From positions 372,001 through 436,000 of the forward strand of contig JBLDXI010000016.1 in NCBI GenBank assembly GCA_047495785.1: a stretch of 64,000 nt of DNA, read 5' to 3'. Made by a program: the position numbers and the translations under genes. Positions 24,272-36,400 of the stretch are shown one piece after another; positions within the stretch are counted from its first letter, which is position 1, and each line of letters starts with the position of its first letter. The stretch comes from Lepidodermella squamata. Lineage: Eukaryota; Animalia; Gastrotricha. The notes under the pieces were generated by a model. That model was not told where the DNA came from and made no database searches. It worked only from the letters and a program-made list of their open reading frames with translations.

Positions 24272-24747
24272 TTAATATAAGGAGAATCGACCAAAGGGTC
24301 CCTTTCGTATTTGACTGAGTTCACCGTGAGGGCCGATTGAACAGGTAAGGATGATCCCACACAAAGGAATTTCTATTTGGTCTATTTTGCCTAGGTCAAT
24401 GTCAGGATACAATGGTATTCCTCGCGCCACGCTTGTCGTTGTTTTTGTTACCGAACTTCACAAAACTAATGATGAATAGGGGATGCCTTAATTTTGAAAA
24501 AAATCACACCTCTGTTCCCAATTTTAAAATGATTATAGTTTCAAAACAATGTGAGATATCGGTCTGATTGTTTCAAATTCTTGAATTCTTGTCGCCAACA
24601 TTGAGAAGTAAACTCAAAAGTCAAAAGGGCGATCAACAATTCATCAAATGAAATTACTGCCAAAGTCAAAATTGTCCTTGTGGCCGTGTTAGGGTTGAAT
24701 GATATCGATTTTTCATTCATATCTAATATATTTTCCTATTATCATTT

Positions 24748-25699
24748 CCCAGTCAAAACCCTGTAGGCCTAGACTGGGCATATGTAGGCTCCCGGTCTCT
24801 CTGGGCCTAAGGCTAGGCCTAAATTTGAGCGATAATCTAGGCCTAGTCTAGGGTTTTAGAGGTAAGTATACCTAACAATAATTAAGTCTATGGCTACTGG
24901 TCCCTGAGCTCTCAGGCGCCGGTAACCATTGCAGATCGACTCGTAACATTGTTTGAAAGAATCGAAAGACAAATCGCTCGATGTTGACTTGTGTCGGTGG
25001 TTGGAGTCGAACCCGGGTCGCCTTGCCAAAGAGGTGGACGCGCTACCACTAGACCAGCTGGTCACGCTTATACGGTAAGGGTTAATAGGGGTATATATCC
25101 ATGGTCACCCACGGTACTCACAGAGGGTGCCTGGATCCCAATATCGCTGTCCTATTTGTGGATGACTTATTTTTATTTTTATTTTTTTATTTTTTTATTT
25201 CAAAAACGATTTCTAGTGCAGTTTTTCACGGGGAATATATTGGTGCAATCCGTTTTTATGTCTGACCCATGGTCATTATTATACAGCCAATTGTGAGAGG
25301 CATAGCATTGGGTCAAGTAATAAGGCTGAAATGCCAGACTTTGCAACTATCATTTTTCGAGTTGCATCAACCAACAAACAACATCAATTATATGGCCACA
25401 AGATGCAATGATTTCACAAATTCTTGCGATATGCTCCAGGAATTGTGGGAAATGGACATATCATACACACAAATGATATACGCATGATGCAATCTACTTC
25501 ACTCAATTCCTAGGCCTAGTCTGGGCCTAGAAAATTCATGAGAAAATTGGCTAGGCCTAGACCAGGCCCAGCATTCTCGGGCCATTTTCGAAGCTCTGTT
25601 GTTAGGCCTAGCCTAGGCCCAGACCTGACCTAGGCTAGGTTCAATTAGGCCTACACTAGGCCTAGGAGCCTAGTCTAGGCCTACAGACTTTTGACTGGG
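24748..25699. mobile_element. Non-autonomous TIR element (CCCAG...CTGGG) with TAGGCCTA subterminal repeats and an internal tRNA-like cassette
   Basis: cccagtcaaaa.cctgtaggcctagact vs agtctaggcctacag.cttttgactggg; flanked by ATTT on both sides (or TT if the ends are TCCC/GGGA). Confidence 0.8.
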
Positions 25700-26560
25700 A
25701 TTTACCGATTCATTTGAGATCTCGCTTTCTAAAAATGCTCAAGTGTTATTTGATCGTCTACATTCTATTTCTTATCGCCTCCACCGTCGCACCTGGCTAC
25801 CTTAATAATAATCACTACGTATACCCAGAGTACACCGCCGAAGCAGAACGCCATCACAACAGCTGTCCAGGGCGAATAATTTTCTCCGCTCGCGCGTGGG
25901 CAGCACGTACTTGAACGCCTCTCATGACAAAGCGGAGCGGCTAAAGCAGCGACGCCTCAAGATTATGCGCTGCAATCGTCTTTTGGTGGCAAGTCGAGCT
26001 GAACAGATTGTCACTGGATTGTTTCTTGCTTACATGCTCTCATGTATGATCAGTTGCTTTTGTTTGATAAGGATAAAAAAAACTTGAATTTTTGGACTAG
26101 CCTTCCCAGTCATCTCAACTCGCCTTCGGCTCGTTTCGATTCGTAAATCTCGGCCGGCTCCGTTCAGATATAAACTTTTTACTCATGTTATACCATAAAA
26201 ATATAAATAAGTGAAAATAGGATCCAAATCAAATCAAATCAAATCAAATCCAAAGCACTGGAGTGTAAAACGCGTTTGTTCATTAGGCAGAGCCGTGATG
26301 CATCACCTGACCAAACTATTTGAAATAATGTCATGCCAGTTAATTTTTCATGTTGGCGAAATCACACGCTGTGCGTTTTTATCGAGTCTCCAGGCTTAAA
26401 GCTTTTATTCGGCTTTTCTTGGCTTTATTTGATAGATTTTATAGGTTTTCCGCCTTTTACCGACACTGGCTAATATGTTTATGTCGCAAAATGCTGTCTT
26501 GTTGCGCTGACTTGAAGCTGAATAATTTCAAAAACTGTCTGTGAATTTCGGTCCGTTGTA

Positions 26561-26770
26561 ATGGCTGAAATTGGACGCGATTATCCTGCGGCATCCGCCG
26601 CTGGCATAATAATCGATGCCGCGAACGCTCAAGTCAGACTTCTGGCTTCTGACTTCTGACACACAGTCAAAGTAATTCAGACCAAACGGCTTTATTATAA
26701 AAATTGAAGTGAATTATAAGGGAACTCGACTGTAAAATCGCATGGTATACGATGAAACATTTTTAAGTGA
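26561..26770 (+). pseudogene. Decayed copy of astacin-like exons 1-2
   Basis: ataatcgatgcc...caa|gt and gaactcgactgtaaaatcgca match 2533-2560 and 2666-2686; frameshifts present; no downstream exons found. Confidence 0.7.
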
Positions 26771-26798
26771 AGTTGATGTTATTTATCATTAAATCTTA

Positions 26799-26951
26799 AA
26801 TTTTTAATGTGAACAACAGCGCGAAGAATTTGCGACCATTTTCCTTTTTTATTTGAGACTGAAGATGACGTCAGATGACGTCGAAACGTCACAATCTCAA
26901 ATAAAGGAAAATGGTCGCAAATTCTTCGCGCTGTTATTCACATTAAAAATT
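26799..26951 (+). mobile_element. Penelope-like element pseudo-LTR remnant (inverted structure) with a minimal hammerhead ribozyme core
   Basis: ~60-bp inverted arms around CTGAAGA-TGACGTC-AGAT-GACGTC-GAAAC-GTC, followed by AATAAA. Confidence 0.7.
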
Positions 26952-27831
26952 ACAAAAAAGAAACATCTTATCAAGTCTGGAATTCACGGGTTAAAACAGT
27001 GTGCGAAGTACCCCAAGTAAACGCCTCGTAAATAAAGAATCAGCAGCTTTATTTAGAAAAGACATAATGAATTAATATAACCTTTTGTTAGGCGAGAACC
27101 TAACTGCTTCAATAATGCGCTTGCAATCATCCTCTGCAGAAATCTCCGTCTTTCGCAGCAGAATTGAGTCAGTTCATCAGAAAATCTAAATTAACGATCA
27201 TCTCAAATAACAGTGGATGAAGATGGATCTCCGAGGTGCGCTTGTCCAGGTACGGGTATTTCCAGCCCAGAATTTATCTGACCAAAGGTTTTTTTTGTTT
27301 TCATGCCTGGACCTCACTTATCCGTGCTGTTCAGCTAGATTGGGACTCAGAGAAGCAGATAAGGAGAATTTCTAATTCTTGGACGTTCCATGTTCATTTT
27401 AGAAGCATTATCTTGACTATTGCGGTGCATGCCATGATGTCATTAGTTGAGTCATAGTGAGTGTCAAAGCTCAGATTAACCGCTTTTTTGTGGCGAAGGC
27501 TACTACGCAAAGGCAATCGCGAATATGCGCAGTAAATCGTTTCCGGCTTCGCAATGCCTTCAACTTTGTTTCGAGACATGTTCGAGATTTTTCCGGCGTT
27601 TTTTCCAGCTCAGCTAATTCGAAAGCTAACAGGAAATCATGTTATGAAGACATTAACTTTAGCGCAGGATACGGAGAGAAACAGTAGGGGAAGTAGCCCT
27701 GGCAATCTCCGGAGGTTCCGGATGTCGAGTGGTGGACGTCTTCAAAGCACGCTTTTAAGGCGCCAAGTTCTGACGATCCCACGATAAAAGACGCATCAGT
27801 CAAAATCTAGCTTTCAATCTGCATCCTTAGA

Positions 27832-29094
27832 ATGATTTATATTTGTATTCTAACGTTTTTGTTACCGTTTTCTGCCTCAGTAACGGAGGCACGTAAGCCT
27901 TATCGCTTGCGAACTCTCTTTCACCTCCCCATATGGAAAAACACGGGCGACTACCGCAACTGTCGATGGGCTATACAGTCGGCGTACGACTTCGCGAATA
28001 ATCGAAGCGACATCTTACCCGACTACCACCTCGAATTCGACTATCGTGACGAAGGCTCACAGAGCTTTGCCGTAGTTTCTTCGAGCATATACTACATTCG
28101 TCAAATGCTCGACTCTGAAGACCCAAGTCTTGTCATGGCTCCGCTTAATATCGGTGTTCAATTCACGCCAGGGTGTAAAAGTTGGGGTAGGGTTGCGTCG
28201 CATATGGACATGGTCGTAGCATCGTTTGCCTGCATTTCGCCAGCCATGATTGACCGTCGAGATCTATATCCAAACCTGTGGCGAATCAGGTCAAGTGCTC
28301 AACTGACTATTATGGCTCGTCTGAGCTTCATATTGAAAGCTACGCCGTGGAAAAAAGTCGCCATTGTATTCCCAGCAGTTGAGAGCTCGTTCGGTTTCGA
28401 GGCAGCTACCTATTCAATGTCGATCAACAATGGATTCGGCCTCGCGATTCAAACTATCGAAGCTAGTTCTGATTTCAATGACGACGTTATGCAGACTTTC
28501 ATAAAGAAAGACGTTCGAATTTTCTCATTGGAAAACGGCGACGCCATTGTTATGATTCAATTCCTCTGCCAGGCCTATTTCAACGGTATTAAGGGGGATA
28601 AATACATATTTCTAGCGCTGTCTAATGCTTACTCAGACCCTAACACTGCTCCGCCGTCTTATTACCTGACAAATTGCAATTCGACAATTTACAGAGAGCA
28701 AATTACCAGGGTTTTGTATTTTGGTGCCCTCTCTACATTCGCGGATGGAAAGTCCAAAGATTATCTCGGCAACACAATGTTAGAGTTTGATAGTTATCTT
28801 AGGACAACTTACCCAGTTGACTTACGTCTGCCGGATTACTCAACAAGGTACACTTGCTACGATTTAGCACTTCACTCAATTGTGGTCCTGAATGATTCCG
28901 AAAGCCGGCTTCAAAAGCTGAATTTGTCAATGAAGGATTATCGTGTAGATCCAAGGAAAGTCATGTTAGCGGTCAACAGCAGTGCTGGTGGGGTCAGGTA
29001 CCGAAATCAGCTACAAGGCTTCTTCCACTACTCGTCAAGAATGGAAATGGAAATGGAAATACATTCATTTTTTTCAGGTGGGCTCGGCAATTAG
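27832..29094 (+). CDS. Class C GPCR paralog truncated near the end of the Venus flytrap region (420 aa, no 7TM)
   Basis: Colinear with 5617.. up to HYSSRMEM, then runs into a MITE at 29062 that supplies the stop; the 7TM half is absent downstream. Confidence 0.75.
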   Translation: MIYICILTFLLPFSASVTEARKPYRLRTLFHLPIWKNTGDYRNCRWAIQSAYDFANNRSDILPDYHLEFDYRDEGSQSFAVVSSSIYYIRQMLDSEDPSLVMAPLNIGVQFTPGCKSWGRVASHMDMVVASFACISPAMIDRRDLYPNLWRIRSSAQLTIMARLSFILKATPWKKVAIVFPAVESSFGFEAATYSMSINNGFGLAIQTIEASSDFNDDVMQTFIKKDVRIFSLENGDAIVMIQFLCQAYFNGIKGDKYIFLALSNAYSDPNTAPPSYYLTNCNSTIYREQITRVLYFGALSTFADGKSKDYLGNTMLEFDSYLRTTYPVDLRLPDYSTRYTCYDLALHSIVVLNDSESRLQKLNLSMKDYRVDPRKVMLAVNSSAGGVRYRNQLQGFFHYSSRMEMEMEIHSFFSGGLGN

Positions 29095-29417
29095 CGGCTT
29101 AATTAACTGCTTAACACCAAGATCTGAGTCGCAAAAATTCATTGATCGAAAAATGCCTCATAAAAATGGCAGCAATGCTATGATTCATCGCAATTTTGCA
29201 TATTCATGAACCTTGAAGCTGATGCCTAAAAAAAACCTTGGTAAAACCGCAAATGCATTAAATTAAAGAACGCAGGAGTAGAAAATAAGTCGAATTTTTA
29301 TATAAGACGATTCGTCGTAAGTAGAGGATTCTAAAAATCCAAGTCCCATGGTCATAACACTCACGCCTGAGAAGTAGTTAAGCCGCTAATTGCCGAGCCC
29401 ACCTGAAAAAATGAATG
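29062..29417. mobile_element. Tc1/mariner-type MITE
   Basis: ~41-bp TIR cattcattttttcaggtgggctcggcaattagcggcttaa; TA on both sides. Confidence 0.85.
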
Positions 29418-30046
29418 TAATGGGAGAATGCAGCAAAAGGCCTTGCTATTATTGCTAAAACCACATTTTTTGCCTCGTCCACAAAAATAGTATTTTTTGC
29501 CTCGATCAGATGAATTTTGTATGTGTTTGTTAAGAAGTGTCGAGTCCATACTGCTATTAGTCCCAAGTACAAGCACTCATCCTTGTAGCCTTTACCAAAC
29601 AAGCCAAGTTGTGGACCCACACTGGCAGCTGTAATTTCAAATGATTGCGAGTTGCGAGTTGAAAAGTCATTCCAGCATGAGAATTGACCGACCTATCGAA
29701 TTATTTAGCATATTCAGACTTGCTTAGGCAGCTTGTTAGCTTTCTTAGAAATTACGTTAGGATGAGAAAAATGCGAGCCAGGGGCCGGCTTAGCACTGCG
29801 TGAGCAGCAGCTAGTGTAAACAACTCTCTCGCTTAACTACTTTCATGCTCGATTCTGGGCGCACATTCCTAAATTACTTTTCCCAACTATTTGCTCAGCT
29901 TCTAATTAGAAATAGCTAGGGATCCAAACTTCGGTAAAATCACTAATTGAAAATCAATCAAAATAAGCAAGCTCAATCTAGGTATCTAATCAATTGTAAT
30001 AAAATCCGAATATTTTCTGAAATTTTAATCTAGAAAATTCGAAATA

Positions 30047-30424
30047 CAGCGTGTCCCAGAAGTTGCGCAACTATTTTATATTTTGGCAATTTTTTCTAGG
30101 AAAATCAACTGTTTTTTTCTAATTAAACCAACCACGAGAAAATTCCATCTTTTATCCGCGATTTAACCGAAGAAGTAAAAAATTAACCGGGTAACCCCGA
30201 TGGTAACTGGTTCGGTAATTTTCGTTATTTTACTCGGTTGGAACAAATTTCTCCGGACTTTTTACTCTGGATTAACAAGTGGCATACTTAATTACTATTC
30301 TTGTGATTTTTTGAATTTTTCTAATTTTTTTCGGGCCATGAGATGTGACTTCGACTCTCATTTTGGAGTTTCTGAACCCTTTTCTGTGTATTTTCTTTGC
30401 TTGCGTTACTTATGGGACACGCTG
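30047..30424. mobile_element. Tc1/mariner-type MITE
   Basis: TA|cagcgtgtccca...tgggacacgctg|TA. Confidence 0.85.
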
Positions 30425-30735
30425 TAATTTGAAATAATTTTGAAATGATTTATTGATATTCTTTTGTGAAAATTTGAGATAATCATTAGTACATAAAATG
30501 ACTGAAATACTCTTGATCTGGCAATAAATTGCATTGCAATGCCGAAGTGAGACAATTGAAAGAATTGGGAAATCTAATGCCGCGACAATTTTATAAAAAA
30601 AATCCTCGTAAATGACTGGTTTTTATACAACGAAAAATAAACACCGAATAGAAACCAGTTGTAACCGGTATGGTTTAAACGGAAAATAAACACTAGTGAA
30701 CCCTGCCTGTTGGGCATTAGACGTACCACATTATA

Positions 30736-31080
30736 GGGCGACTTTGCAGTCACATGACTAAGGTCAAAGTCCGTCTATTTTTTTCTGGTCTTGGTCGCGC
30801 GGTCGCGCAGTCGTTGTGGTCGGGCGGTCGTGTAAAAAAATGCTCGCTTAAAAATGAGAGAAAAAAAACGATGCACCACCAGGAGTCGAACTAAGGATGT
30901 TGGAATAAAAAACCATGTTTTTGATCCACTACGCCACCAATTCATGACAATTAAGAGTTTCTATCAGTGGATCCGATTGGCAACAATATGGGTGTAAATA
31001 TTTTCGCGGCCGATTTCTTCAACTGGTGGCGTAGTGGATCAAAAACATGGATTTTTAGTCATGTGACTGCAAAGTCGCCC
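30736..31080. mobile_element. PIF/Harbinger-ISL2EU-like MITE with an internal tRNA-like cassette; a related left end is at ~56290
   Basis: Perfect IR (cattata)gggcgactttgcagtcacatgactaa / ttagtcatgtgactgcaaagtcgccc(tataatg). The superfamily is inferred from the GGG..CCC ends only. Confidence 0.75.
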
Positions 31081-32142
31081 TATAATGCAGGACGCAGCGC
31101 CTCGATTATAGCGCCTGATGTTTGTGTTATTTTTTAATAAGGTCGGCATATTTTTATCTTTCAAAAAGGTCGGCGTGGCTAAAAATAACCTCATTAGCAG
31201 TGATCGTTATTTTTCTTCTGTGAACAGCAAAAAATATCGTTCATATCGTTCATCAGTCACTTATTCATGCAAAGATTCAGTTTTTTGTTGCGACCTAACG
31301 ATCTCGATCTTGAAGAAAACGGCGGCCGCGAAAAGATCAGTTGTTTTGTTTTCACTTTTTAAATTTTATTATCAATGGCAAATTGTTGTTATTCACGTCA
31401 CGTGATTTTTTGCGCAAACCCAGATAACGGGAGCTTCGAAGTCGCTGCGCCCTGGTACGTCTCATGGAGCCGGGGCGGGAGGGGATCGAACTCATGCCCA
31501 TCGATCTTGACGCTCAATGCACAGCAGACAGTAAAATTACCGCGTGTCCTGATTTTTTCAAGATTATTTCTGTGAATTTAATATAACGTATTGTGAATCG
31601 CGTGTGACGTGCGCGAGGAGTGGTAAACAAGCCCCCACGGACAACAATTCAGTGTGAAAGGACGTGAGGCATCTCTCAAAAAAGCTATCGATGAGCACGC
31701 GATAGCTTCGAGCAGAACAAACCAACAATTTTAGTTATTATTGCAATTTTCAATTTCAAGTGAATTGCCAACTTGCTAGGTGCTAGGAAACAACCAGCTG
31801 CCCCGTTAATCAGAAGCCTAGCCCTGTACCATGTAACAACCAACGATCTTTTTATAATGAATTTTTCTGAGCTGATTTCGCCAAGAGTTTGGAACGTGAA
31901 CTATTGTGTACACTCAGGGTCCTATCCACTCATTATGATCTCAATTAATTTCAAAGGTCTACAAAACCTCTGGTTTCCTACTAGTCGACAATTTCGATCG
32001 TCTATTGCTAAAATCCCTCCTACTGACAGCTTGCTCGTCTTGTGTTCTCTCATAGATACTTTGTTACTCAATTTCTCTGAAAAGAGCTTTAATGAATGAC
32101 TTTTGGAAACAATCTTTTTCGATTCGGAAATTTCGGAAATTC

Positions 32143-32300
32143 CAGGGTTCCGACTAGGCCCAGCTCTGAGGGGGGTAAATCGAGCATTTTGAGACAAAAA
32201 ATTTGCAAATCAACAGGGGGGGGACCCTTACGTTTTTCAGAAATTTTCGAACGCCAAGGGGGTTTATTTACCCCACTTACCCCCCGTACTCGGACCACTG
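32143..32300. mobile_element. hAT-type MITE (same family as 53541-53669)
   Basis: CAG...CTG ends; 8-bp TSD GGAAATTC. Confidence 0.85.
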
Positions 32301-32504
32301 GGAAATTCACTAAAATGTAAGAAAATCAGTCTATCGATGCTCAAAATGTGCCTATTCATCTGTTCTTCAAACTTCAAAATGACATTCGTATGTTTATTAC
32401 TTTCAGGGCATGAACTCTAAACTCTAAATTTCTCCAAGCCAGAAAAATTGGACAATGATAGTAAAATTATTTCATCTTTTCCTAAAATTTATAATAATAA
32501 ATAT

Positions 32505-33360
32505 CCGTTGAGCATTTTTGCTCAATTGCTAAACCTGTGCTCAATTTGCTCAACGCGTGCCAAAGCAGTGCACAATTTGCGCTCAATTCGTGAACAACTA
32601 GAGCTTAACCAGAGGATGAATCATCAAAAAGTGCTCAAAATGTGCTCAAAATGTGCTTAACACGTCGTATGACACGCGTTGAGCACACCAATAATTATTG
32701 AAAATATACCACGTCATTGATCAGTCAATTTCTGGTTCCGATATTAACCCGATACCAGTGGCGCAATCGATTCGATTGCAGGCCTTGATTTTCAAAGTCA
32801 CTGGTTCGATTCCCGGTCACGACCGATTTTTCATTGGTTTTTTGGTTTTTTTTTACTTTCCTTGAAATTATACTGGCAAATGGCAATACTGCCGAATCCC
32901 GAAACTGGCCGTTTGTAAAAAAACGGCCAATGACGGCAGTGGTGCCTACTGCCAATACGGCAAAATAAAAAAAATCCACGCTAAATCGGTTTTTTGTGAT
33001 TGATTTTCTAAGCGAACCAGTGGCGCAATCGATTCGATTGCAGGCCTCGATGTTCAAAGTCACTGGTTCGATTCCCCGCCCTGACGGATTTTTATGAATT
33101 TCTCTGCAATTTAAAAAATTTGACTGCTCAACGAGTGCTTAAAGCGAAAATTGATGATTGCACAATGGGTGCGTAAACACTGCTCAAAGTGCTCAACGTT
33201 CGCTACTCGAATGCTTAATGAGTGCTCAATGACTGCGCAATGACTGCTCAATGACTGCTCAATCGCCTAAAGGCTGCACAATGACTGCACAACGAAATGC
33301 TTAACAGTGCACAATTATATTGAGCACGGGAAATAATTCTGCTCAACGAATGCTCAACGG
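32505..33360. mobile_element. Non-autonomous TIR element with TGCTCAA subterminal repeats and two tRNA-like cassettes
   Basis: ccgttgagcatt / aatgctcaacgg termini, 2-bp flanking duplication, many tgctcaa/tgcacaa repeats. Confidence 0.8.
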
Positions 33361-33424
33361 ATAAATAATATCATTAACATGTTGTTTTGTTCCATTAGAT
33401 ATTTTTTCTGTGCATTATTGAAGT

Positions 33425-36400
33425 ATGTTATTCTCGCACTGCTATCTCATCTTGTCCTTCGCCTTCTTGATCTATGGAACTGCCACGAGCGTAAGTGAAG
33501 GCCATTTATTGCTAACACCTCATTTTTTAATTATCTTCCCATGCAAAATATTTATCATAAGTTCCCACAGAAATATGATAAAAAGAACCATATATCGTGA
33601 TACTAAATCGTGTGTGAATTGTGTGCAAATTCAACGGTGTAATAGTTACGATAATTTCCGTTACCTTAGTGAAAATTATTTCAAATAATCCACATTTATG
33701 ATAGCGTACGTTACTGTAAAGAACGTACGATCAATTATGCCCCAATGTTACCAAATACACATTTTTATAAAAATGTTCAAGACATTATTGCGATTTTTTC
33801 CAATTTTACAGAGAAATATAATTATTTTGAGAGGAAATAATAATGAGGCAACAAAATTTATTTTCTCTCAATGAGTGGGGTCATGAATATTCTCTAATTT
33901 TTTTCTTCATCAATCAGCGTAAATAATGGGGGTTCTATTTTTAGAAATTTTCATTCTTGCTGTTAGAAACACTGATTTTGAAGTTGAAACAGATTCCATT
34001 AGGTCGTTATTCATACCCTCTTTTGTTAAAGAATGCAGCCAACTAAGTCATACAGCAATCAAACTCACAGGTAAATTTCAATTTGGCTACACGTGGCAAT
34101 ACCCCGATTTTTCACGATGTAATGGGGACATGCGTGAAAAAGCCTCTTTCACAACGTCAATTTGTGATATTTTGTCAAGATTTTTGAACGACTTTGCGAT
34201 CACAATTTTTGGACGGTTTTTTGCGTCCAGAAGGATTTTAATGGAGAGATGCTAGGAGTGTCGATTCCATACAGTATTAGTCCCAAGATTTTTTGCTTCC
34301 AGCCAATACCTCCCAGGCGGTTATTTTGCACCGTAACCAATATATTTAGCAATGGGCTCCATTTCTATAGGATTTAGACTGGCGCTGAATTAGCATTTCA
34401 GGGCCATCTCGCACCATTAAAAGAGATTTTCATTGAACATCAGTGTGCGACTTTCAGAGGGGGATGGGGGGATCATCCCCCCAGCTCGGCCGGGCCAGAC
34501 AAAAAAATGAAAATTTATCCCACTGTTTTGTTAATTTTGGAAAGTTCTGGGGCGTGTTTTAGTGGAAAATCTCCAAAATGTTCTCGCTTCGCTCGGTTAT
34601 TAGCCGAAATGACTCGTCATTTTGGCAAAAACAGCAAAAAAATATTTTCCATCCCCGGGAGCTCGGGGATCGAAGATCGCACCCTGTTGAACATAGCGCA
34701 ATGTTCTTCTTCGGGGAAGGACATAAAGTCGATTTTTCGCCAATTACGCGGAAAATGTGGTTAACTAGTGTTCCTTAGCCTTGCCAACAGCCTTGTTGGT
34801 CTCGCTATCTTCTTTCCCAAAATTTTGCCGCAGACACTCACTCTACGCTCTGCTACTCGAATAAGTCGAATGAAAGCATGAGGTTGGGCGCGCGCGTTAA
34901 CACACGCACAAATAAATTTAGATTTATTTTCCTATTATTATTTCTTTTTAACCATAAAACCGCGCATATTTGCTAATTTGCTGAACTTTCCTCTTTGAAG
35001 CCGAATACCGCACTGCCCGAATAAAAAATCATGAAATATATTACTTTAGAGTGCTCGACCCAACGAACAAAGTTTACGGGCTCACGTAGAAAAAATGGTC
35101 CTAAATACGACTTGAAACACCCCTATTAACCTGAAATTTATTTGAGGCTGACATTAGTTTCGGCTGTACGGTATCAAATGTATTCTTTAAATTCCACACA
35201 GTTGAAAAGTTATCAAGGCGCAAAAATTCGCAATCGGCGCCGCGCGCTTAAAACGTTGCGAAAAATTTACACACGGAAAAGTCTGCCGAAAATCTATATT
35301 ACTAAACGACGAAGGTCCTCAACGGCTAAATTTGAATTTTCCTTTGTATTCGGCGGCATGCTTAAATAGTATACTTCTACTCACTGGGTAGCCAAGTGCT
35401 TAGTGTCATTAGATAGAGAATAAAAAACTACTCGAGCGAAAAATGCCAGATTTCGAATCCGTCAAATCCGCAGTGTCAAAAATGCCAAAAAACAAATAGA
35501 GCGCTTTCTGATTTTGAACGCAATTTAATTTAAAATACGAAAACATTTTTAAACTCTTAGTTAATTACTAAATCAAATTCTTATTAATTAAAATTTAAAT
35601 ATTTTCCATGGCGACGCGTTTGCGGGGAAATTCAAAAATTCCGGTCGCCGGGCGCCGCGTCGCCTGACCTTTGGGGTTCCATTATCTCAACCAAGGACAC
35701 GTCCACGGGGTCGGGGCATGGTAAATTCGTGCTCAGCATGGTCGAATTGATAACTACAGCATGAGAAAAGCAAATAAATCGAAAAAAAATTAATTATGTT
35801 GATCTCATGCATTGTCGTCACTATTCACAGGTACCATGATGGAAGACGCTCTAGATGTTACTCCTTGAGGGCGAATGGCGACTTTTAAAAGCTTTTACTA
35901 CTGCTTTTCTTACTTAGATTTGTTGATTTCGTAGAAATAGATGGTTAATTAGTGTTTTCACATCTCATGAACGTCCTTTGCAAGATGTTGGATGTTCATG
36001 TTACGCATCCCTTTTAGGTTTAACCTCACTCAGCCATTGCAAGATCTGAGAGCATCTACCAAGATCATTTGATTAATGAATCAACTATGCTGAGTAAGAA
36101 AAACAACAGTAAAACCTTCGGGGAGTAATCCATCACCTCAAGGACTGAACTAATTCGACTTAGCCATGTTACAAGTGTTCTTGCCTGTGCATGAATCAGA
36201 TATGCTAACCCTTTCATATATTCACATTTCTATCTGGGCTTTCTTATCAAATCGACCATGTTGATGACGAATCTTACGTGCGCTAACCTCAGGGACGTGT
36301 CTTTAGTTGAGATTTTAGAACCCATCAGTGTAGTCGACGCGGTTACCAGTGATCCGAAATTTGAGAAATTCCACGGTGAGTATACATTGGCGCCCGCTAA

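Noticed and set aside
24990-25067. Possible tRNA gene (likewise 30873-30940, 32752-32822, 33015-33082, 56420-56495)
   Set aside because: A/B boxes are present, but no convincing acceptor and anticodon stems; all are embedded in repeats
25735-25914. Small ORF with a hydrophobic N-terminus (MLKCYLIVYILFLIASTVAPG)
   Set aside because: No paralog, motif or splice support; could be chance
32505-33360. TGCTCAA repeats (and TAGGCCTA repeats at 24750-25700) as a CRISPR-like array
   Set aside because: Irregular 7-8 bp subterminal motifs within TIR elements, no constant repeat-spacer period, eukaryotic context
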